Positions 54,877-64,000 of a DNA stretch of 64,000 nucleotides are shown here, piece by piece. Position 1 is the first letter of the stretch. Each line of letters opens with the position of its first letter. This DNA comes from Lingula anatina. Lineage: Eukaryota; Animalia; Brachiopoda. Location of the stretch: contig CM120643.1 in assembly GCA_051362555.1 (NCBI GenBank), positions 29,950,848 through 30,014,847 on the forward strand. The letters run 5' to 3'. Under the pieces are notes generated by a model. It ran no database searches. It worked only from the letters and a program-made list of their open reading frames with translations, and was not told the origin of the DNA. The position numbers were made by a program, and so were the translations under genes.

Positions 54877-54888
54877 AAAAAGAAACAG
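54877..54888 (+). CDS. Candidate 12-nt microexon (KKKQ) of the calbindin-like gene
   Basis: Long pyrimidine tract 54775-54850, then cctttaccgatag|AAAAAGAAACAG|gtaaga; phase 0-0. Confidence 0.55.
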
Positions 54889-55016
54889 GTAAGACACGTG
54901 TGTGCAGTTGGCTATCATATATAATAAGCTATAGCATGTGACCAAAGGTACAGGACGTATTGCACAGCATATACATGTTCATGCACTGACCCATCATTTG
55001 TTGTTACACGGCACAG

Positions 55017-55426
55017 TATACACACACTTTAGATAATTCCACATCATCCATATACACACACTTTAGATAATTCCACATCATCCATATACACACACTTTAG
55101 ATAATTCCACATCATCCATATACACACACTTTAGATAATTCCACATCATCCATATACACACACTTTAGATAATTCCACATCATCCACATACACACACTTT
55201 AGATAATACCACATCATCCACATACACACACTTTAGATAATTCCACATCATCCACATACACACACTTTAGATAATTCCACATCATCCATATACACACACT
55301 TTAGATAATTCCACATCATCTATATACACACACTTTAGATAATACCACATCATCCATATACACACACTTTAGATAATACCACATCATCCATATACACACA
55401 CTTTAGATAATTCCACATCATCCACA
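55017..55426. repeat. 34-bp minisatellite (~12 copies) truncated by the Polinton end
   Basis: Unit tacacacactttagataattccacatcatccata; stops at tccaca|AGTAGT. Confidence 0.92.
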
Positions 55427-55961
55427 AGTAGTTACATCCGTACTATACGGGAGAAAAGAATTCCATTTTTTTCTTTTGTTATGTTACATCATTTGAACAA
55501 TGGAAAACCTATACCGGACAATGGGGATGTTTACAAAATAAACAAACAATTTTTTTAATGTAAACAAACGAGACTCCCTATTTTTGTTTACGTTTTACTA
55601 TGGTAACGGATGACGTCACAGAACGGGCCTGGGCATGTAGGAGATTTTAAAGAATTACTAAGGAAAAAGGCACAATGTAGTAGTAAACAAGTAAATTTGT
55701 AAATAAAACATGATTTTATTGAAATGCATAATTGCATGTAAGTTGATCATAGTGAACAGTTGTATATACACATTAAAACATTAAAACAATGTACATAAAT
55801 GTATAATTTACTAAAAGATAATAATTATGCATAATGCAGTGCAAAGTGAGTATAGTGAATCTATCAATTACATGCACAGATTAAAACAGCAAAACAATGT
55901 ATGTACAACAAAATGAAAAATGATAAATATATAAACAACACTACTCGGCAATTTATGAAAG

Positions 55962-58900
55962 TTAATAGCCGTATGGTAGTGTATCAAATGAGTCTTGCTG
56001 AATGACACGTTTAGTGTACACAACCCGGTAAACTTTATCCTCCCTTTTAGAGAGCAGTTCTTTATTCAGAGTGTCTCGCACAATTTTATGATGTGTAGTT
56101 GTTGACACCTCTTTCGGACCTATACCGTGTACCATGTTACGTAAAGTCTCATAGTTCACTATTTGTGAGGTTTCATAATTCAGTGAGATACCCCTCACTT
56201 TACAAATTGTCTTTCCCTTTGCGGTAACGTATGCGTAGTTTTTCGGCCCGCCCGACACGAAGGTGGTGATGTGGTCCCCCTCATCTAGCTCATCGGTGAA
56301 GTCGCCAAGGTAGCTGCCCATGATGGTATTTAGGTAAGCGTTGGTTTGTGCACTGCCATCGTCCAGGAAGATGATTGAGTCCGTGTCAAAGTAAAGAACG
56401 TTTCGATCCAGGACCTCTATGGCGCTGTAAAGAACCATACGAGCGTGGGCGGTGGTGTACGCGGCTATGACGACGTTGGTCTTATCGGAGCATTCATTAA
56501 ACTCAGATTGGTGTTTGTAGTGTACCTCCACCATATCATCGGTTAAAAACATCACGTTGGTGACATCGACGGATTTGTTCAACAGCAGCGCAAAGTACTC
56601 GTCCACCTCGGTGACGTATTCGGACTGTGTCATGTTCATTCGTTGACCGAATTTGCCTGAAATAACAAACATAAAAAATAATAACATAACTATGCGAGTA
56701 AGGATAGTGAAAATGCACGGATGAGAAGTACTGTAATATTGTATGATGTGAATAAACAAGGTGTAAACATAATAAAGCATCAAGGACAGATGTAATATGC
56801 AAATATACGTACGATGTTATTACCATTATTTACGGTGAATAACAAATACAAATATTGGAATCATGCGTGAACCTCAGACATAGTGTATGTAATAAATAAA
56901 TGCTACCTCTGTTTATACGTACCCCAAAAGCTGTTAAGCATCAGTTTAGACAAAGCCCTCAGACCTGGGTTCTTCTTAATTTGGTTAGGGTCTAGTCGAA
57001 TGCCCTCTTTGGTGAAGTAGGAAGCAATGTAGTCTCTTTTGAGCTGTGGTGTCGTGCACTCTGGTGGATAGCCGCTGGCCTCTTGTTTGAGCTTGAGAAA
57101 TGTATTGATATAGTCAGAGAAAAGACCCCCCGTTTTGGTGATTGGGTTGTATTCGCTAACATGATCATAATGCCAGACCTCGTGCATTTGTTTAATCACA
57201 TAGCCCTTGGAAACGGCCTTTTTTAACTCGACCGTAACCCATGTACCTGTCATACAACGCTCTTCGTCATTATGCTCACACCGTGACTGCTGCAGTGTGT
57301 CAGCGCATGTGCGACAAAGAGGAAATGTTAGTTTCCCTTGTGATCTATAGGGAAGGACAGGATGATAAAGGCCGTGAGGAGGAAGAATAGTACATTTGAC
57401 TAAACCTTCATACTCGCTAAGAGGACCAAAGTTTTCGGTTATGATGGTGGGGTGACAGAGGGGGTATGGTTTGTATTTGTTGACATAGGGATATAGACTA
57501 CACACGTCAATGTAACGTATTTTCTGTCCCTGATCTGCCTGACAAAAAAGCTTGACTGCGTTCGTCCTGCCCCCGTAAAAGGCTTCACGAGGATCAATAC
57601 AATCGACAACGTTCACGCTATCCACTATTTCTTTCACGCCAGCATCCTCCCGTATGACCCTGTCAAACTCACACTCCCATACCTCTATGTAGTTGAAACC
57701 TAAAGATTGAAGCGCATGCTTCTTATCCACCGTCCTTTCTAACAACTCACCCATTGTCATCAAATTGACATTGTTGATATTGTAAATGTTGTAACATTTT
57801 GGACACCCATGCCAAAAACACCCCTGATACTCGTAGACAGTGTTAGTTGTTGACGCCCAACCATCAACGACAAACTTTCCTATTTTCTTTTCTCCCTGAT
57901 TATGAGCATGCTGTATAAAGACATTGTCACGCTCCGCCCTATACCGCAACCATTTAGCTGCTTTCACGGACGTTTTGTTTTTCGGCTTATACCCCTGTGC
58001 TGGAATAATGCCGATCGTGTTTTGCATAAGAAATAAAGATCTGAACACAACATTGCATGCGCTGGCTATAGTGATAGATCTGTAAAAAACATCAATTTCC
58101 ACACCATTCGCAACTGTTATATCAAGCATCAATTTCCTGAATCGGAGACATGCTTGCCGAAGAATGGTGACGTCCATGCGGCAGTATATGAGTATTTCCT
58201 TTTGGAAATCAAATATATAGTTTTGACTAACCTGATCATTGTACCATGCCAAAAATTTTTCTCTCGCACCGGTAGACATTGAATCAGAGCCATATAAATT
58301 AGTGGCGGGCATTTTACCCCTATAGTCTTGGTTTTCAGGGGTATTAAAGAAGTGGGGGAAGTAGCCCTTTGACAGGGATTCATCTAGACCAAATGCAGCG
58401 GGAAGTTTGTTGAGTGCCATGGGGAGGAAGCTGTAAGAATCAATAACGGTTATATCGCCCACCTTAATAGAAAGCACCTTGGCGCCCCGTAATATCACCT
58501 CAGGAACGATACATTGGTCTTTGAGCCATTTTAAGAGGAAAAAACCATCATAACCAGACATGTTGTGTGCCAACAATATAGCCCCATTATGTATGATCAT
58601 ATCCTCCTCGTTATTCTCACATTCATACTCAGCACCATCAAAACATAACGATGCTCCAGGATTCATTCGTTTACTGCGACCTCCTTTGTTTTTTCCTTTC
58701 CTTTTCCTTTTACCTTGTGCACGTTCAAAACTCTGATCTTCAAATACCCATTGGCAAAATTTATCAACACACGACGGCCCCTTAAACACATGTTCATTTT
58801 TGCCACATAGCTCACATGTACTAGTGGGGGTTACGTCTAAATTTAGACAGTGATGACATACCCTGTGAGCAACCACTAGATTAGGGGTATGAACATGCGA

Positions 58901-60355
58901 TGGCTGCGCTTCAAAATCAAAAAATATGAAAGGGCGTTTTGAACCAGGTTTAAACTTACCAATGAAATTGGCAGCAGGATTCTCATCGATATACATAAGT
59001 AAATCGTCATCATCCTCACCATGGTCATCTCTATCAATTTGCATGTAACATAAGTGACCGTCTTTGACGTACTTATTACATGACTTGCACTTGTAAGTGT
59101 AACACACATGTTTTTCCTCCCTTTTATGATCGACAAATTTAGTGCACTTTTTACAAAGAGTAAATCGTCGGCAGGTTGACCATTTACCTTGTTCGGGTAC
59201 AAGTGTATGATTTCTAAAACAGCTGTCAGAGAGGAAATTTCTGCTACACTGATCGCAATGACGCCAATTTTCAAACTTGCATGACGAATCCTTTTTACAC
59301 CTCTCGCAATATTTTTCGCACGAATGGTCACCCATGTGATCAAAACCTATATTGCATTCCGTACAATAGTACGCCCTACCCATGAAACCTGTTATCGAAG
59401 TTATGACATCATAATGCCCCTTATGATAAAATAAAAACAGCTCCTTCAAAGCTGAAGGTCCTTTATGAATTAAACTCATAAAGTGATCTCCAGAAAACAC
59501 AGATATTTGATAATTACTCAAATATGACTGAAACTGTTTAATTTCAGGGACACCACAAGGACCTAACGGTACTCCAGCTCTTGTATGCAAGTCTTGGGCT
59601 CTTTCTAATTGTTCACGACAACGGTTATCAACGATTGTTGCATATTCGGGGTCATTATCTGCTTTGGCCATAGCTACAACCAATGCACGCGCTAAACACA
59701 ACTGATCTCCCGCCCCGTTACGTATTTGAATGACTGAACGCTTTGCGTGGAGAAAGCTCTGCATACCCATAGACCCTCTTTTTAATCTTGCTCCACCAGG
59801 GCGTGGCATACTGACATGACACACAGTTAAAATAATAGATGCGTCAAGTCTAAACTCCTCGTGAGACTGTAATACTCTTATCAATTCGTCCAAAAAGAGA
59901 TCCACTGTAAATTCAGATACCCTCGTGAACGCTATTGATATGGGATACTCTAACGTGTCAGATTGCAAGACAATTCTGACCAAATCATGAGGAAGCATGT
60001 TCTGCACTAAGTCGTCAAATATGTTTTGGAAAAGCTCACGTAGGAACGGGATCATAGAATTTAAACTTCTATTTTCTAAATGGGAGAATGTGAGCTGATA
60101 GTCCGTGTTTACAGTTGAAAATTTTTTCATGCGCCGTTCATTGACCCGTCGCAGATTATAAAACCTTCTATAATCTAACCCCATCCCGAGTTCACCTTCA
60201 AACTGATCTACATGATTTACCAGCTGATCGTCTGTTACATTTGAATCAGCCCATAACTCATCACCACTCTCATGCTCCGCATTCAATAAATCATCCTCAT
60301 TACTCATGTCTTCCCACAAATTAGAAACCGATCCCTCAGACTCTGTGTCACCCAT
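55962..60355 (-). CDS. Protein-primed family B DNA polymerase (pPolB), 2 exons, 1375 aa
   Basis: join(60355-56923,56656-55962) = 4128 nt; ExoI FFDFEA, ExoII HNMSGYDG, ExoIII YCRMDV, YIDVCSLYP, KLMLNSFWG^KFGQR restored by splicing, YFDTDS, GPKNY. Confidence 0.95.
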
Positions 60356-61519
60356 GATAAAATAGTGTTAAAGGCACATGTAATAAAAGGAGGGGTAATG
60401 TAAGGGGTGAGGGTAAGGAAATCTCAAGCTCAAGCAATAGCCACTGTGCGTGATATCTATAAAGATCAAAAAATCAAATCAGTCCCCCGTTTTCAGACAG
60501 CTAAACATTTTAGACACAATGTTAACGATATATACAAAAATTTTAACGTGAATTAAATTGACTGAATGTTCAGTAACTTACATTTTGTGTGCTCCTACAC
60601 TGGCTCTCCATGGGACCTTCTACAATGTATTGCCGCGACATGCCTCCACAGACGTTAATGCTCAAATGACGCCGAAGCCAGGATGTTTAATATTAAGAAT
60701 AATGAAATAAAACTTTTAACCAATAAAAATATCCCACGTCACATAAAATTACGTATACCATTGTGTTGTTCGCGGGAAAATGTAGGGTGACAACCGTGAG
60801 AAAATGCTGTTGATTATTCATATGCCCTGGCCTTATATTGTCCTCCCTGTTCACAGAATCAACACCAGCCTCTTATAATTTCAATGCCACTCTCTTGATG
60901 TAATCCCTTACAACAACACGCATGGGTGTGACTACAGTTGTTCTATTGTATCGATTGATACGCGTTTAAATTTCATTACATAGTCACACAGCGTTGCACT
61001 CAATAAAATGTAGTAGTACATAACACAAATCAAATACTATCAATAATATCGTCTTCGTGGGAAATGTTGTTAATAATGTACCTGCCGTACAAATCGAATA
61101 CTATCAATAATATCGTCTTCGGGGGAAAACGTTGTTAATAATGTACGTGCTGTGGTCTTCTATTGTACCCCCCGTGTACAGAAACAACACCAGTCTCTTT
61201 AGTACTTTCAATGTCGCTCTCAACGTAATCTCTTCACAAAAGAATGTGCACAAGCACAATCACACGCTATTGAATGGCCCATAGAGACGAAACAGCACAC
61301 ATTAATATTAATGGCGATTGCCTCTTTGTGTACGATGCATGAGAACTGAATGCACCGTGTCACTAAGTACCCTCCCCCGAACTTACGAACTTTAGCTTGA
61401 AAATGAAAAACGGTTATCAATGTTACTGCAATTTTTATCACTTTTCGCCATAGGAAATAATATATCATTTGTGTATAACACGTGATAAAAGTTATAAAGT
61501 AAACCCGTCAAGCCGATAA

Positions 61520-62191
61520 ATGCCAATTACGTTTTTGGACATGTACGATACACATCTAAAACACCCTTTCACTGCTCTTTTAGCAGGGCCCACTGGTTCA
61601 GGAAAAACAGTATGGATTAAAAGGCTATTATCAAATGCCGATACAATGATTTCACCGTCGCCACAAAAGATAATATATTGTTACGATATTTGGCAGCCCT
61701 TGTTTGATGAAATGCAGAGTGAGCACCCTGACACAGTAACATTCATTAAAGGTATTCCGACCGACTTAACCGACGCCACCTTTTTTGATTCTCAATTAAA
61801 TAATCTAATAGTACTCGATGATCTTTTTGCCGAATGTAGCGACGATGCCCGGATCCGTGACCTATTCACAAAAGGCTCTCACCATCGTAACATCAGTGTA
61901 GTATTGATTGTACAAAATTTATTTCCCAAAGAAAAGCACGCGCGAACCATATCGTTGAACTGTCATTATTTGGTTCTTTTTAAAAACCCCCGTGACTCCC
62001 TGCAAGTCAAAACACTAGGAATGCAAATGTATCCCAACGATCTAAAATCGTTTATAAATGTTTATAAAGACGCCACATCCAGTGCCCATAGCTATTTACT
62101 CATAGACCTCAGACAGAACACTGCGGATTGCATTCGTCTGCGCACCAATATCTTTCCCGGAGAAACGCATTACGCATACACATGTAAATGA
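61520..62191 (+). CDS. Polinton genome-packaging ATPase (A32/FtsK-HerA family)
   Basis: Walker A GPTGSGKT, Walker B LIVLDD, KGSHHRNISVVLIVQNLF, FKNPRD. Confidence 0.95.
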   Translation: MPITFLDMYDTHLKHPFTALLAGPTGSGKTVWIKRLLSNADTMISPSPQKIIYCYDIWQPLFDEMQSEHPDTVTFIKGIPTDLTDATFFDSQLNNLIVLDDLFAECSDDARIRDLFTKGSHHRNISVVLIVQNLFPKEKHARTISLNCHYLVLFKNPRDSLQVKTLGMQMYPNDLKSFINVYKDATSSAHSYLLIDLRQNTADCIRLRTNIFPGETHYAYTCK

Positions 62192-62221
62192 CTGAACATA
62201 TTTTCATCGCTGCGGTGTATC

Positions 62222-62545
62222 ATGAAAGTTGAGACAGAAAAGTTATTCAATGCTCATGTCAGTTTGCTTTCCATAGCCGACAAGAAATTGATAACTGCCG
62301 TTGTTAAGAATTCACCCTACGATCTTGTTAGAATTATCTGTAACTACGCATCTAATCTATTATATAATACAAATATTACCCTGACTGCGACAGAAAAATC
62401 GGCATTACGGAGGGTTAAACGCGTCATCGTTCAGCTGGCTTCCAAACAAGTGTCCATTCAGCGGAAAAAAATAATTTTGATACGGAATCCGGGTGCAGTT
62501 AAGGCAATTCTAAAACCGATAACAAAAAATGGCAGGCTTCAATAA
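62222..62545 (+). CDS. Small basic Polinton protein, PW-like putative virion core protein
   Basis: 107 aa, K/R-rich; ICNYASNLL...ITLT..EKSALRRVKRVIVQLASKQVSIQRKKIIL pattern and position after the ATPase match recalled PW proteins. Confidence 0.7.
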   Translation: MKVETEKLFNAHVSLLSIADKKLITAVVKNSPYDLVRIICNYASNLLYNTNITLTATEKSALRRVKRVIVQLASKQVSIQRKKIILIRNPGAVKAILKPITKNGRLQ

Positions 62546-63290
62546 AATGGTCTTAATCAACGAGAACGAACTGAATGCTTTGAAACAGAGAGTAAGCGCT
62601 AATTATTCCCCCTTTGTCGAAGAAACACTACGTTTAGAAAATGAAATGAAGAAAACTTTGCAAAGGACCGATGTACCATTCGATGAAAAAATGAGTATCT
62701 ACAACGATCTTCAAAGTCAATATCTGAGTAAAGCGAGGAAACGCGAACCGGTTGCAGTTGTTGTGCACAATTCGTCACAACCATTAGAAGCACAACTTGG
62801 AGTTGACACCGCTGACGCAACCGCAACCCCCACCGTCAAGTCAGAGGCTGGATCTGTATTACATCTTAAAGCCGAGATATTAGATGCAATACCACAGCGT
62901 GTGCGTCGCAAAGCTAACGTAATTTTGAGATACATGTCTAACCAACCTAATGTGCTGTCGTATAATGATCAAGGGGAGTTGAAATACAATGGTAGAGTGT
63001 ACGAAGGAAGCAATGTAGTAGATTTGTTTAACGATCTGTATGTACCCCGTAGGAATTACGAACCGCCAGGGCTTACTGTATTTTTAAAGGGTTTGAAACG
63101 TCTTAATGTACCACTAAATAACATCTCAAACGTAAAGCGGCGCAACCAGATTATGTCGTTGGACACTTCTTCCAGTTCAACTCAGATGGGCTCGGGACAT
63201 GTAGCAAAAACTAAACTAGCTCCCCGGCCAACTCAGAGGAATTCGGGAAATGTAGTAAAATCTAAACTATCTTTATTCAACATATATTGA
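62529..63290 (+). CDS. Conserved Polinton hypothetical protein (253 aa)
   Basis: N-terminal KMVLI; YNDQGELKYNGRVYEGSNVVDLF motif recalled from Maverick ORFs; overlaps the previous ORF by 17 nt; AATAAA right after the stop. Confidence 0.75.
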   Translation: MAGFNKMVLINENELNALKQRVSANYSPFVEETLRLENEMKKTLQRTDVPFDEKMSIYNDLQSQYLSKARKREPVAVVVHNSSQPLEAQLGVDTADATATPTVKSEAGSVLHLKAEILDAIPQRVRRKANVILRYMSNQPNVLSYNDQGELKYNGRVYEGSNVVDLFNDLYVPRRNYEPPGLTVFLKGLKRLNVPLNNISNVKRRNQIMSLDTSSSSTQMGSGHVAKTKLAPRPTQRNSGNVVKSKLSLFNIY

Positions 63291-63355
63291 AATAAAATAA
63301 TAACATAAAACATATTTGCACAGCTGTATTTTTATTATTACTCGAATAAATGTGT

Positions 63356-63883
63356 TTAATACAATATTCCTAGTGACTTCTTTGATCTACAAACTTGAAA
63401 ACACGCGTTTACACAGTAGGGTATGTTGCAATGTGCATTAACATAATCATACACTAATATATCATTAAATTGTTTGTCGCTGGTGAATTTACTAAGTATC
63501 TGTTCTAATTTTTTTCCACGAGACCTATTCATCAAGTAATATATACAGTATTGTCCACACACTTTGGTATACAGGCTCTGTAATGTCCTAGTGTTACAAT
63601 TCCACCCAGATAAAGAGTTTTCATCTAAAAAACGTTTAAAAGCTGCGTTGTAATAATAAGGTGATTTCGCATAAGAGTCAAAGAACTCTCCGTGTCCCTG
63701 TTCATCAAAGTAAAAAGCAACCCAGTGCACGCCCGGTTTATCGTGAGGATCCGTATTAGCCACGAGGCATGCTGGATAAGTCCATATCTTTTTGGGCAAC
63801 GCGTCTGATGCAAACACCCCTTGAAAACATGTTCTCGTAACCGGATCAGTCTGAAGAATGCATTCTATTTGCTTCGTATTCAT
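63356..63883 (-). CDS. Adenain-like (C5) cysteine maturation protease
   Basis: NTDPHDKPGVHWVAFY, FFDSY, LQSLYTKVCGQYC: H/D/Q/C catalytic set. Confidence 0.95.
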   Translation of the reverse strand: MNTKQIECILQTDPVTRTCFQGVFASDALPKKIWTYPACLVANTDPHDKPGVHWVAFYFDEQGHGEFFDSYAKSPYYYNAAFKRFLDENSLSGWNCNTRTLQSLYTKVCGQYCIYYLMNRSRGKKLEQILSKFTSDKQFNDILVYDYVNAHCNIPYCVNACFQVCRSKKSLGILY

Positions 63884-63886
63884 ATT

Positions 63887-64000
63887 TTAATATTCTACAA
63901 AAACGCTCCTACGTTGGTCAATTTTGATAACTGAATCAAATTCTGCCATGACAAGCAACACGATATTGTTAATCTGTTGTCCAAACTCCAGATCGATGTT
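63887..64000 (-). CDS. C-terminal 37 aa of the Polinton major capsid protein (partial)
   Basis: NIDLEFGQQINNIVLLVMAEFDSVIKIDQRRSVFVEY* resembles the L.F...YAEF...I.ID..R.V MCP C-terminus; stop 3 nt before the protease ATG; missed by the ORF track. Confidence 0.8.
   Translation of the reverse strand, partial: NIDLEFGQQINNIVLLVMAEFDSVIKIDQRRSVFVEY

Larger units (their letters stand above)
55427..64000. mobile_element. Polinton/Maverick (endogenous polintovirus), one end; continues beyond the window
   Basis: Terminus AGTAGT typical of Polintons; encodes pPolB, A32-like ATPase, adenain protease and capsid C-terminus; compact ORFs with convergent AATAAA signals. Confidence 0.95.

Noticed and set aside
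55962-56783. 273-aa ORF as a separate gene
   Set aside because: It is exon 2 of pPolB; its first ~42 residues are intron sequence
58129-59343. Overlapping alternative-frame ORFs inside polB
   Set aside because: Short, with no motifs; expected by chance in a long coding region

Overview
Animal genomic DNA (spliceosomal introns; a tRNA-derived SINE and a calbindin-32-type gene point to a protostome, probably a mollusc). It is very rich in minisatellites. Host genes built by hand from splice sites: (1) an unidentified multi-exon minus-strand gene (~1.1-8.3 kb); (2) a 4-exon MARVEL/plasmolipin-like gene (19325-21703); (3) a complete 8-exon HERPUD/Herp orthologue (29339-38440); (4) the first two exons of a calbindin-32/calretinin-like EF-hand gene (45721-54233). 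From 55427 to the window end lies one end of an apparently intact Polinton/Maverick: AGTAGT terminus, intron-split protein-primed PolB with OTU-like and Vsr-like modules, packaging ATPase, PW-like and another core-type ORF, adenain protease, and the major capsid C-terminus. It probably sits inside the calbindin gene. Other elements are a fold-back made of two Tc1 3' halves, three MITEs and a SINE. The most unusual patterns are (a) tandem arrays whose units are the exon/intron junctions of host genes, giving up to 8 acceptor and 13-15 donor copies per exon, some fully in frame, and (b) a pair of paralogous 12-nt basic microexon candidates (KRKQ/KKKQ) in the calbindin gene. Gene models, unit lengths and copy numbers were read by eye; no database searches were run.
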